Source: Dipteris shenzhenensis (taxonomy: Eukaryota). Taken from it: a DNA stretch of 64,000 nucleotides. The number at the start of each line of letters is the position of its first letter. Within the stretch, counting starts at the first letter, position 1. The position numbers were made by a program, and so were the translations under genes. Below are positions 12,974-25,309 of the stretch, piece by piece. The DNA lies in assembly GCA_047967505.1 (NCBI GenBank), contig CM106538.1, one strand, 5' to 3'. The notes beneath the pieces were generated by a model. That model made no database searches and was not told the origin of the DNA. It saw nothing but the letters and a program-made list of their open reading frames with translations.

Positions 12974-15900
12974 TGTTGAGATATCGAGCTCCACTCGCGA
13001 TATGCCAGGGTGACTGTTGTGCATTTATGTCACTGACCTGTTAGCTGGAGATGCGGTTGGTACACCGCCCACGAATAATAGCTGGATGATAGCTATCCTT
13101 ATCTACTATAGTTTGTGGCTCAGTTAGTATGCCACCTTAGTTAGTTGAGTTTGGTTTGAGACCCACATATAGGGTTCTTCTATTTTCTTTGTACTAGAGT
13201 TCTTTTGGCTTTCACAACTAAGAAGAGGAAAACTGTTTTCAGCCTCCACCTTTGTGTGTATTCCCCCATTTGTGATTGTGAGAAAGCCGCAAATGAGACT
13301 CCTTCCCTCTCTCCCACAATCTTCACATGGTATCAAAGCCTTGTTCGTGGTAAGGAGCTCAAGAAAGCAAGCCAAGTTCGTGGTGTCCTGGTAAGAGGAC
13401 CAGTGTTGCTTTCCTATTTCGAGTTTGGGAGCAAATCTCTGCAGGTAGCACAGCCAGAAGTGCAGGAGTGCACTGTTTCAGATTGAGACGCCCTTCGTGG
13501 TGTGGCGAGAGCGCAGTATATGCTGCGGATAAGGGCGAATCCCTTAGTGACTTTATTTTTCTGATTCGAGGCCGTTTCGGGGCCCGTTTTGAAGGCGGAA
13601 GTTCTTCGCAGGAACTCAAAAAAAAGCCCTGTTTTTTGCTGTGCGACCACTGCGCGGCTAGTTGGTGGAAAGGTGCCGCAGAAATTGCATCGTATGCCTG
13701 TGTGTAGAGATATTGGGAGTTGCAGATTCATGCCTATTGCCTATTGATGCAAAATCGTCACTAGGAAGTGACTGTGTGGTGAAATACCACTCTCGTCGGT
13801 TTTGCAGATCTGCCCGTGTGAGGCAAAAGCTGTGTTTTTTTGCAGTGACAAAATATTTTGCAGTGTTCTGTAATGGCATCTGATTCTCTCTCACAGATTG
13901 TCACTGAAAAGCTTGACAAGAACAACTTCCAGGCATGAAAGTTTAGAATGACGAATTTCTTGATGGGAAAAGGCTATTGGGAATTCATTACAGGAAATGA
14001 AGAAGAACCTGTTGTTCCTAATGTTCCCAGTCAACAGGAAATGCAGGCATTCAAAGGATGGCATGAGAGAGCCAGGAAAGTTATGTACTGGCTATCTATC
14101 AGTATTTCGAACTCCATGATTGTGCATATTCAGGATGCAAATACGCCAAAGGAGGATGGGATACTTTGGCAAAAATGTATAGCACAAATACGCAAGCCAG
14201 GAAAATGCAACTCAAACAGGAGTTGCACAATGTGCAGAGAGAAAATTTGAGCATAAATGACTACCACATGAAAGTGAAGAAAATTGTAGATGCACTTGAT
14301 TCCATTGGGTCGCCAGTGGATGATGATGATTTGGTTTCTGTGACCTTGAATGGTCTAGGAAAGCATTATGCACAGTTCCAGACATCCATTGCCGTCCGTG
14401 AAAACTTTCCCGATTTTGAGGAGTTGATTGCTCTTCTAATTTCTGAAGAGCAGAGAAATGGGGGTGCATCTTCTTCAGCAGGAACTTCAAAAGAAACTGT
14501 CTTCTACTCAAATGCTGGCAGAGGTAGAGGCAGAGGTAGAGGAGGCCGATCTGCAGGCCGTGGTAGAAATCAGAATATGCAGCAAACGCAAGAAAACCAG
14601 TCCTATGCAGGAGGACGTGGTAACTCTAGAGGCAGGGGGAGCCAAAGAGGCCGTGGTGGATGGCAGAGAAGCCAAAATGCAAACAGCAATGTTGAATGCT
14701 ACTATTGTGGCAAAATGGGTCATATGGCTAAAGACTGCTACAAAAAGCAGAATGACATTATGAGTGGAAAATTGCAGCAAGGCAATTATGCATCCTCTAG
14801 TAGACAGGGTGATGACAGAAATGAGCATTTGTTTATGGTGCAGCATATGACAAATTCTGTAACAATTGCACAAGAAAGCAATGATGTGTGGTATGTTGAC
14901 TCGGGTGCATCAAACCACATGACAGGTCACGCTGAATGGATGCAGGATGCAAGAAAAATGAAAAAACCAGGATTTGTAGAGACTGGTGATGATAGTGCAC
15001 ATCCTATTGTGCAGATTGGCAAAATTCCTTTGTTTATGCAGGATGGGAAAAAGAAATACTTGTCTGATGTATTTCATGTCCCGAACATCACCAAGAACCT
15101 GGTTTCTGTTGGATAGATGGTTGAGCAGGGCTTGCAGGTCAGATTTAATCCTCATGGATGCTTTGTTGAGGATATGAAAAATAATGGTCACTTGATAGCA
15201 AAAGGAAAGAAGAAGGGCAGGATGTTTACGTTGGATGCAGACATGCCTGAATTGAGCGCAGCAATGTTTGCACATGGGACCGGTGTAGTTGCAGATATTG
15301 ATATCTGGCACAAACGCATTGGTCATGTTAATATACAGCGACTTAAATCAATGCAAGCCCAAAATATTGTTGCAGGATTGCCAAAATTCAAGGTTGCAGA
15401 AATGCACAAGATTTGTGAAGCCTGTCAATTTGGGAAACAGGCAAGGAAACCTTTTCCTAGGCATGTTCAAGAGAGTAAAAAACCATTGGAATTAATCCAC
15501 TCTGATGTGTGGACTACAAAAGCTGCATCTATTGGAGGCTATCACTATTTTGTCACATTTATTGATGACTTCAGCAGAAAACTGTGGGTGTATTTTATGA
15601 AAAAGAAAAGTGAAGTGTTTGGGCACTTCAAAGCTTCCAAAGCTATGGTTGAAAAAGAAACAGGACTGCAAATAAAATGCCTAAGGTCAGATGGAGGGGG
15701 AGAGTACCTCTCAAATGAGTTTGCAAGGTTCTTGCAGGAGCATGGTATAAAGCAGCAATATTCATGCAGTCATACCCCACAGCAAAATGGAATTGCAGAA
15801 AGAAAAAACAGGCATATTGGAGAGGTGTCTCGGGCTATGCTAAATGAAAAAGATCTACTAGATTATTATTGGGCTGAAGCAGTTGCTATAGCAGTCTATA

Positions 15901-18550
15901 TAATGAACAGGACTCCCACTGCAGCAATACATGGCATGACGCCAGAGGAGATGTATACTGGTAGGAAACCAGATATTTCTCATTTGAAGATTTTTGGTTG
16001 CATTGCTTATGTCCATGTGCCAGATGAGTTGAGGTCCAAGTTGGATCCAAAAGCTGAGAAGTGCATCTTTATTGGTTATTCTCTACAGCAGAAAGGGTAT
16101 AGATGCTATAACCCTTCTACACGTAAGTTCACAGTGAGCAGAGATGTTGTTTTTGATGAGATGAGCAGCTGGTATAAACCAGTAAATGTGATGATTGATG
16201 TAGATGCACAAAATGGTAATGCTGCACAGAATGCACAGCAGCAATCACAGAATATCAGTGGACCTGGAGTGTCCTCTACCAGTGGTTCACATACTTCGCC
16301 ATGGACAGGCAGATTGAGATCAGGAGAATCCCCTCAAAGCAATGCAGATAGTGGTATGCAGGTATCACGAAAAGGAAAAGAGAAGGTAGATCAGCCCATG
16401 TTTGATGTGAATGCAGGTCACTCTTATGTGGATGGTGAATCCAGTGGCTCAGAACAGAGCATTGATGATGAGTTGGGTATTCCTTCTGTTGTTACACCTG
16501 GAGTAAGGAAGACCAGGGATGTTTTGAGAGCACCTAGAAGTGAGCCTATTTTGCGCAGGTCTACCAGGGTTAGGTATCCTGTGGATAGGCTGAAATATGA
16601 TGGATTTACAGCCATTCACTATGCCTATATGGTCAAAGTGATACTGGAACCAGAACCCACTTCTTTTGAGCAAGCCATGGGAAATGAAAAATGGGAGAAA
16701 GCCATGGATGAAGAAATGGATGCCTTGGATGCTAATGCTACATGGGAATTGGTGCCTTTGCCTAAAGGCAAGAATGCAATTGGCTGTAAGTGGGTTTATA
16801 AGATCAAGCACAATACAGATGGTTCTGTGAATAGATACAAGGCAAGATTAGTTGTCAAGGGGTATGCACAGACATATGGCATTGATTATGAAGAAACTTT
16901 CAGCCCGGTTGCAAGGATGGCAACCGTAAGAGCAGCCATTGCTATGGCTGCATCAAAGGGATGGTCTTTACATCAAATGGATGTAAAGAATGCCTTCTTG
17001 CATGGTGATTTGCAAGAAGAGGTATTTATGGAGCAACCAGCAGGCTATGTTCATGCTACTCATCCTGAGTTTGTTTGCAGGTTGAAGAAAGCCTTGTATG
17101 GCTTGAAGCAAGCACCTAGAGCATGGTCTGATAAGATAGGACAATATCTTGTCACTATTGGCTTTCAGATTTCCAAGGCAGATTTCTCACTCTATGCGAG
17201 AAAAACAGAGAAAGGGATTATGCTGCTGGTCATTTATGTTGATGATTTGATCATCACAGGTGATAGTGATGAAGATATCCTTCATGTGAAAATGCTATTG
17301 AGGCAGAAGTTTGAGATGAAGGATTTGGGAGAGCTGTGTTATTTCTTGGGCATTGAGGTGATTAGATCACCAAGTGGGATACAGCTCTTGCAGAGGCAGT
17401 ATGGATTGGACATGCTGTCCAAATATGGGATGACAGGCTGTACGGCTATTTCAGTTCCTTTGGAGCAGAATGTGAAGCTGAGCACAGATGCAGGTGAGCT
17501 TCTAGAAGACCCTACTATGTACAGACGCATAGTAGGAAGTTTGATTTACATGACTATTACCAGGCCAGATTTGAGCTATGCTGTTGGGTTGGTAAGTCAG
17601 TTTATGCAGGCTCCAAGGAAACCGCATTTGGATGCGGCTAGACGCATACTCAGGTATGTGAAGTCCACATTGCAGTCTTGACTATTTTATGAGGCTGGGG
17701 TTCAGATACAGTTGCATGGATACACTGATGCTGATTGGGCTGGTAGTATTTCTGATAAACGATCTACCAGTGGGTATGTGTTCTCTTTTGGGAGTGCTGC
17801 AGTCACTTGGAGCAGCAAGAAACAGCCTACAGTTGCCTTGTCGAGCACAGAGGCTGAGTACAGGGGTGCAGCAATGGCTGCATGTGAGGTAGCTTGGTTG
17901 CATAAGCTACTCTATGATATGCATCAGTCTACAGATGGGCCAGTTGTCATTTATTGTGACAACATGAGCAGCATACACTTGGCAAAGAACCCAGTCTTCC
18001 ATGCTAGAACAAAGCACATTGAGGTGCATTATCACTATGTGCGGGAGAAGGTTTTACTAGGTCTTATTGATCTAGTTTATGTCAGCACAGAGGATCAGGT
18101 AGCTGACATATTCACGAAAGCATTGGGCGCAGAGAAGCTGCGCAAGTTCAGAGACCTGCTTGGTGTGCAGGATTTGGAATTGAGCTCGAGGGGGAGTGTT
18201 GAGATATCGAGCTCCACTCGCGATATGCCAGGGTGACTGTTGTGCATTTATGTCACCGACTTGTTAGCTGGAGATGCGGTTGGTACACCGCCCACAAATA
18301 ATAGCTGGATGACAGCTATCCTTATCTACTATAGTTTGTGGCTCAGTTAGTATGCCACCTTAGTTAGTTGAGTTTGGTCTGAGACCCACATATAGGGTTC
18401 TTCTATTTTCTTTGTACTAGAGTTCTTTTGGCTTTCACAACTAAGAAGAGGAAAACTGTTTTCAGCCTCCACCTTTGTGTGTATTCCCCCATTTGTGATT
18501 GTGAGAAAGCTGCAAGTGAGACTCCTTCCCTCTCTTCCACAATCTTCACA
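12974..18550 (+). mobile_element. Full-length Ty1/copia family A copy 2 (5577 bp)
   Basis: 354-bp LTRs 12974-13327 and 18197-18550 (about 8 transitions by eye); PBS TGGTATCAAAGC 13328-13339; PPT before 18197; TSD CATGC at 12969-12973 and 18551-18555. Confidence 0.97.
13873..18236 (+). pseudogene. Copia gag-pol (Gag-PR-IN-RT-RH) with three nonsense codons and one frameshift
   Basis: MASDSLSQIVTEKLDKNNFQA*KF; CYYCGKMGHMAKDC; WYVDSGASNHM; WHKRIGH...CEAC; LRSDGGGEY; YVDDL; stops near 13936, 15114 and 17679; frameshift near 14157. Confidence 0.95.
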
Positions 18551-19940
18551 CATGCATGGTCCACATCAAGATACCCCTGACCAAAATATCATTGGTATGT
18601 CTAGGAGCTCTGGAAATATCAAAGACCTGCACTCCTCTCCATAATATCTGTAACTCCTATATCAAAGGTGCCATGTACACGTCCATGTTTTTTGCCTTGT
18701 ACTTTCCTGGCACAAGTAGTGCAAGCATGAGCTGTCCCTTTTTTATTGTTAGCCATGGTGGGAGATTGTAATTCACCACGACTATGAGCCATGTTGACTA
18801 AGATGTCGAGCGTAACCCAAAAGGATTCATGCCATCCATGGCTAGCCCAAGATGTAAGTTGCATGGCTCCCTCGCAAAGTCCGGCCAGTGATTATCTATG
18901 TGCTTCCAAGCTGCACAATCTGTGGGAATCCTCAATGTGTCATCAGTGGACCGATGAGATGCATGCCATGTCATCAACTCCGCTATGGATTTGCATCGAA
19001 ACATGTGTTGTATTCTTGCAATGATGGGAAAGTGTCTCAAGACCTTTACCGGTATCCGCTCACCCTGCAAGTCATCTCTATATCATTGTTCCCCACACTT
19101 TGGACAACTAGCCAAATCTCCATGCTCATGACAAAAGAGAATACAATCATTACGGCAAGCATGGACGGTATCATACTGGAGCAACCTATGACAAAGACAC
19201 TATCCAAATGATGATTCTCAAAACAAACAATATCCAAATAATGAGTCAAATTAATGCAAGAGCTAACCTCATTAAGGCCGAGACACTTATATCTGACCAC
19301 CCATACTTTACTTGTAGATTCAAGATTAAGAGACAAGCACGTAGTTTAGACATCCTAGCACCCTCGTACAATTGTGTTGATTGCAACTCTCACATTTTGA
19401 CCTCAAACTCTGACATCACATGTACATGGGATGTAGTGCCCCTAAAAATGGAATCCATCATGTCAACCATACCCTCGTCATCATCCGGGAGACTATAGTC
19501 TTGCTGAAAGTGAGAAGGTATATGCGTACACTCGTCACCCTCCTCATCCTGTTTTAAGATTTCATGTAAATATAAGATCTTCTATTTCCTGGTATACAAT
19601 AAGACTGCGAACTTAAATAGCTTTGACTTACCGATAGTCCATCAACACGTGCAACACCAACGGTGGATACTGGTTCCGGCTCCTCCCCATACATCCGCAA
19701 GTGGCGCATGATAATATGACGTTGATGTCGTACTTCTCGCTTGCAATGAGTGCAATGACAGTATAACCTCTTCATAAGCCACTTTGTGCTCTCGGGCATT
19801 GGCGCATCATTGGACAAGCTTCCACTCGTCCCTTCCATCTACACTTATAAAATCACAACATAAGCATGAAGAATAGATATTAACAGTTATAAAATAGCAT
19901 GTATGAGCTTCTTTTCATGCTACAACAAAAAGTGACTATA

Positions 19941-20050
19941 AGCGTCGCTATATAGTGACCTTTTTGCTCTGTTTCATCACTATATAGCGACGTTTTTTAA
20001 TTAAAAACGTCGCTATATAGCAATGAATAAGCATCGCTATATAGCGACGC
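19941..20050. promoter_or_regulatory. Internal cluster of the CACTA subterminal motif between the two divergent genes
   Basis: GTCGCTATATAG-type motifs just upstream of the transposase start (19838); equivalent cluster at 51190-51376 in copy 2. Confidence 0.6.
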
Positions 20051-20699
20051 TGTGGGTTAAAACTCGAAACTCTCGTCGCGTGGTGTTTTCTTTATACTAT
20101 TCTCTAATCTCTCAAGATAGCAAGCCAATATCTCCTCCCACCTATTTTCGACGACCTCCCACCTATTTCAAGCAACCTCCCACTCTATTTTCCACTCCTC
20201 AGCCTTCTCCTAGCTCTTGTACTCCCTCTCTATCCTTTTTCCTCTTTGGTTTCTTGAAAGGAAGTTCTTCAAGAGGTGAGTTTGTTTCAACAATGTAGGT
20301 TGTTTGTTTGTTAGCTTTAGTTTTGTGAGTGCTTCTCCTTGTATTGCTAAACCTGTAAACTAGTTTTCATGCTTGTTTTCAAAGGATTAAAACAAAAAAT
20401 GAAATTTCAAGAAAGAAAGAAGACTCACCTCTTTTTTCTGTATTTCTCTTCCTTCTCTTTCTCCTTGTCTCCTCAATCTCCTCCTTTCAAGAAGTTGCTT
20501 TTGTAATCTCCTCCTTCCTCTAACATCTTATTTGAAAAAATGGGTTGTTTTCTCTCTTTTGTAGGGCTAGTCCACATCCACAACACCGAGTGGGACATAC
20601 TATTTCACGTAAGTGCTTCCTCTTTTTTCCATTTATTATTTTTGTTATTTGCATTGGCCTAAAGCTAGCACCTTAAGCGCTAGCTGTAGTGATGGGTGT

Positions 20700-23160
20700 A
20701 GGAACCCTCTCTTCCCCTCAAACTCTTTCCTTCTTCCCCCTTCTCTTATTCTCTTTTTTCCCCCTTCTCTTATTCTCTCTTTCCCCCTTCTCTATTTTCC
20801 CCTTCTCTCTTTTCTTTCCCTCTTATTCTCTATTTCCGCATAAGCTCATGCATAAGCATAAGCTCATGCATATGCTCATGCTTATGCTCATGCTTATGCT
20901 TCTCTCTTTCCCCCTTCTCTATTTCCCCCTTCTCTCATTCTATATTTTCGCATAAGCTCATGCATAAGCATAAGCATGAGCTTATGCCTATGCTTATGCT
21001 TAAGCATAAGCATAAGCAGAAGCATAAGCTCATGCTTATGCTTATGCATGATCAAAAGCTTATGCTCATGCTTATGCTTGTCTCTTTCTCCCTTCTCTAT
21101 TTCCTCTAACTCTTATTTTCTAGCTCATGCATAAGCATAAGCATGAGCATAAGCTCATGCTTATGCTCATGCATGAGCATGAGCATGAGCTTATGCTCAT
21201 GCTTATGCTTCTCTCTTTCCTCCTTCTCTCATTCTCTATTTCTGCATAAGCTCATGCTTATGCTTCTCTCTTTCCCCCTTCTCTCATTCTCTATTTCCGC
21301 ATAAGCTCATGCATAAGCATAAGCTCATGCTTATGCTCATGCATGAGCATGAGCTTATGCTCATGCTTATGCTTCTCTCTTTCCCCCTTCTCTATTTCCC
21401 CCTTCTCTCATTCTCTATTTTTGCATAAGCTCATGCATAAGCATAAGCGTGAGTTTATGCCTATGCTTATGCTTAAGCATAAGCTATGCTTATGCTTAAG
21501 CATAAGCATAAGCATAAGCATGAGCTTATGCTTATACATGAGCATGAGCTTATGCTCATGCTTATGCTTGTCTCTTTCCCCCTTCTCTATTTCCTCTTAC
21601 TCTTATTCTCTATTTTCGCATAAGCATGAGCATGAGCTTATGCTTATGCTTATGCTTATGCTTAAGCATAAGCATAAGCATAACCTCATGCTTCTATTTC
21701 CTCTAACTCTTATTCTCTATTTTCGCATAAGCATGAGCATGAGCTTATGCTTATGCTTATGCTTATGCTTAAGCATAAGCTCATGCTTATGCTTCTCTCT
21801 TTCCCCCTTCTCTATTTCCTCTAACTCTTATTTTCTAGCTCATGCATAAGCCTAAGCATGAGCTTATGCTTATGCTTAAGCATAAGCATAAGCATAAGCA
21901 TAATCTCATGCTTATGCTCATGCATGAGCATGAGCATGAGCTTATGCTTCTCTCTTTCCTCCTTCTCTCATTCTCTATTTCGACGTAAGCTCATGCATAA
22001 GCATAAGCATGAGCTTATGCTTATGCTTATTCTTCATGCATGAGCATGAGCTTATGCTCATGCTTATGCTTCTCTCTTTCCCCCTTCTCTATTTGCTATA
22101 ACTCCTATTTTCTAGCTCATGCATAAGCATAAGCTCATGCTTATGCTCATGCATGAGCATGAGCATGAGCTTATGCTCATGCTTATGCTTCTCTCTTTCC
22201 CCCTTCTCTCATTCTCTATTTCTGCATAAGCTCATGCATAAGCATAAGCATGAGCTTATGCTTATTCTTATGCTTAAGCATAAGCATAAGCATAAGCTCA
22301 TGCTTATGCTCATGCTTATGCTTCTCTCTTTCCCCCTTCTCTCATTCTCTATTTCTGCATAAGCTCATGCATAAGCTTATGCTTCTCTATTTCCCCCTTC
22401 TCTCATTCTCTCTTTCCCCCTTCTCTCATTCTCTATTTCCCCCTTCTCTATTTCCCTCTTCTCTCATTCTCTATTTTCGCATAAGCTCATGCATAAGCAT
22501 AAGCATGAGCTATGCTCATGCTTATGCTTCTCTCTTTCCCCCTTCTCTATTTCCTCTAACTCTTATTTTCTATTTCTGCATAAGCTAGGCATGAGCTTAT
22601 GCTTATGCTTATGCTTAAGCATAAGCATAATCATAAGCTCATGCTTATGCTTATGCATGAGCATGAGCTTATGCTCATGCTTATGCTTATGCATGAGCAT
22701 GAGCTTATGCTCATGCTTATGCTTCTCTCTTTCCCCCTTCTCTATTTACTCTAACTCTTATTTTCTATTTTGGCATAAGCATAAGCATGAGCTTATGCTT
22801 ATGAATGAGCATGAGCTTATGCTTCTCTCTTTCCCCCTTCTTTCATTCTCTATTTCCTCTAACTCATATTCTCTATTTCCGCATAAGCTCATGCATAAGA
22901 AAATGAGACATATGCTCATTCTTATGCTTATGCACGAGCATAAGCAGAGTAGACATATGCTCATGCATAAGCATGAGCATATGTCTCTTTTTCCCCCCTT
23001 CTCTTATTCTCTCTTTCGCCCTTCTCTCTTCTTCCTCTTCTCTCCCTCTTCTTCCTTTTCCTCCTCTTCCTTTCCATCTTCTCTCCTCTTCTTTCCCTCT
23101 TTCCTTTCCCTCTTCTTCCTCCTCTTCTTTCCCTCTTTGCCTATGCCTATGCTTATGTTT
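20700..23160. repeat. Compound satellite: GCATAA/GCTTAT/GCATGA/GCTCAT hexamer runs alternating with CT-rich blocks, inside a putative intron
   Basis: Directly visible; bounded by GTAAGT (20609) and TTAG|ACATG (23200). Confidence 0.9.
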
Positions 23161-23202
23161 GTTTTTTTGTTTTTTGTTTTCATGTTTGTGTCTATGTTAG
23201 AC

Positions 23203-24872
23203 ATGGGATCACGTCGCTCATCCGATGAGTACGGACAGCCTCGTAGGAGAAGAGCTCATGATCTTTATGCTCTAGAGGACTTTGATTTCTCTTAGGTGAC
23301 TACCCCGAGGACTACCCCTGGTCCGCTGACTCCTCTTGGACCTAGCACTACGACTACCCCTGGTTTGACTCCTCTTCCACGTAGCACTGCGACTACCCCT
23401 CGAGGAACTCCTTTGCTAGCCGCGCATGGCTTTGTCAGGAGTCCCGACGAGTTTGTAGCGCAGATGAGCGATGAGGAGGCAGCGAGATTCTTCTCTCTAC
23501 TATCTCAGAGGACCTCAGCAATTCCCTCCCCTACACCGACGGGTGGATGTACTGCCCAGCCGTGCCCTCGTGCCCCTTCGACCGAGGGGTCATCACCTGC
23601 GCATGCCTCTTGTAAGGGAAGGAAGAGTAGGAAGGGCGGCTCATGTTGTGCTGACTCGGGAGATGTAGACGAGTCAGCACACTCACGTTCCTACAGGTCT
23701 CCACTTGGTCCAGAGACACAGTATCAGTCAGGTCCCTTTCCCTCTCCTACTCCCACTGCTACTCCTCGCTCCGGAAGTGCTCGCGCAGCTTCCACTCCTT
23801 CTGACTCTGCTACCTCAGTCCTCCTTACTCATCAAGGGATCTCTCCTATCAAATCACAACTGCCGGAGAGATAATAGAAGATAGAAATGGCAAAGAAGTG
23901 ATGGCCACCATGAGGAGGTTGATGAGCCATCACTTCAAGAGCGGCATAAATACCGATTGGCTATATAAAGATGGCCAAAAGAAGCAGGCGGTCATCGATG
24001 AGTTAAAACAAAAATACCCTAACCTACCAAATTGGGAGTTTAATGATGATTATATGCAAGAGCGCATGGGTTTGGTCTTGAAGCATCGTAGATCAACCTT
24101 GCGTACTTCCATCACAAAGGGGTTCGCTAAACCCAGCTGGGTAGAAAAAGCTAATTGGAAGTTCTTCAAGAAGCAGAATAGGGACCAGCTCGAATTGTTC
24201 GAGGGTCAGAGGAGGGCTGTGAAGAGACGGCTGGACGTCATAGGTACTTTGCACTTTGGTGTAGGTGGATGGTTGGCGTTCGAGGCAACCGTGGTAAGTC
24301 TACTTCTTCTCATTTAATGTATTGTTCTATTTGTTTTACTACATATTATATGCACTTTAGCTAACTCTAACTCTCGTAAATTGGATCCACAGCAAGCTGC
24401 AATGGGTCGTCTTCCTATAGATGCAGAGACACGATGCGCATTTCGGATAGGAACAAAGCCATGGTTTATTGAGCAAGAGGCAATGGGAGTGACAGTCAAT
24501 TGGGCTGAGGTGGCTACTTGCATGGTATAAGTCTACTCCTACTTGTAATCTCACTTTTTAAATTGTTTTATTCTTTAAGTTCCAATCTAATTTTCGATTT
24601 ATATGGTTCACTCTTAGGGCCAAAGCTCAAGCGTCCCTTCATTAGAGGCGAGCGATCAACAGGGTCAGGGATTAGACGCACATGACGAGGATGTGGAAGA
24701 AGAACCAGCTGACAAGGACCAAGGAACAGGCCAACAAGACGAGGACGATTCGGATTCCGATGAGTAGTAGTAGTAGTAGTGGTAGTAGCATTTTCTTTGC
24801 CCTGTATGTCATTTTGTATATCCGCTCGTTTGAGCAATTTTGTATCGCCCTTTTGAAAGATTAATTTTGTTA
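23203..24872 (+). pseudogene. CACTA second gene (TnpA-like by position), multi-exon with nonsense codons
   Basis: ATG 23203, Pro/Ser/Thr-rich segment, then helical region WEFNDDYMQERMG...KPSWVEKANWKFF; GT-AG introns; lies inside the CACTA termini. Confidence 0.6.
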
Positions 24873-24999
24873 CAAACAATGTTGTATATGTCCAACATGT
24901 ATATGCTTTTGTTGCTCGATCATTTCATTCGAGCGATTTTGTATCACCCTTTTCGCAAGGGAAATTTTGTTATAAAAAAACTTTGTTTTGTAATTACCA

Positions 25000-25073
25000 A
25001 AAAAAAAAAGGATTAGTGGGGCTAAACAGGGCCATAGCAAGCCTTGTTTAGCCCCACTAATCCTTTTTTTTTT
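25000..25073. other. Near-perfect hairpin (about 33-bp stem, 8-nt loop) in the CACTA right subterminus
   Basis: A10GGATTAGTGGGGCTAAACAGGGC-CATAGCAA-GCCTTGTTTAGCCCCACTAATCCT10; homolog at 53441-53510. Confidence 0.9.
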
Positions 25074-25085
25074 AAATTCTGTTAA

Positions 25086-25232
25086 TCGTCGCTATATAGC
25101 GACATTTACCAATGTCGCTATATAGCGACAATTAACAGTATCGCTATATAGCGATGTTTTCCATCGTCGCTATATAGCGACGCTTTATAGTGACGGTTCT
25201 TTTTCAACGCTTTTAGCAAATTTTATAGCGAC
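25086..25232. repeat. CACTA subterminal repeat array, right
   Basis: Tandem GTCGCTATATAGCGAC palindromes before the TIR. Confidence 0.9.
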
Positions 25233-25309
25233 GTTTGCGCCCGTGAAAAAAAAAAATAATGTAAAAAGCGTCGGTATTTTCGACGGAAAAGGGCCTATGC
25301 CTTGTAGTG

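Larger units (their letters stand above)
7642..19838 (-). pseudogene. CACTA transposase (TnpD/tnp2-like), multi-exon and interrupted
   Basis: N-terminal CHCTHC...HLRMYG; KVLRHFPII...LGLAMDGMNPFG; WTMH|DYPG; HLLDPMHIFKNV; HLLVHIVDEV...RWMFFLEQFMKTLK (DUF4218-like); YCGIICDIYEIDF (DUF4216-like); acidic tail 7642-8019. Confidence 0.93.
7261..25309. mobile_element. CACTA/En-Spm transposon copy 1 with two nested LTR insertions; left terminus degenerate and approximate
   Basis: Right end ...GCCTTGTAGTG (reverse complement of CACTACAAGGC) at 25309; GTCGCTATATAG subterminal arrays at both ends; tnp2-type transposase inside. Confidence 0.88.

Noticed and set aside
15114-15116. TAG between gag-PR and integrase as programmed readthrough
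   Set aside because: It falls inside the conserved SVGQ motif; a CAG>TAG mutation is simpler, and the copy has other lesions
18188-18236. pol ORF running through the PPT into the 3' LTR
   Set aside because: Common in copia elements; not novel
20613-23295. Many Leu/Ser/Met/His/Cys-rich ORFs, also at 51890-53490
   Set aside because: They are translations of low-complexity satellite, not genes
25086-25232. Regularly spaced palindromic repeats resembling a CRISPR array
   Set aside because: Eukaryotic context, short irregular spacers, no cas genes; explained as CACTA subterminal repeats
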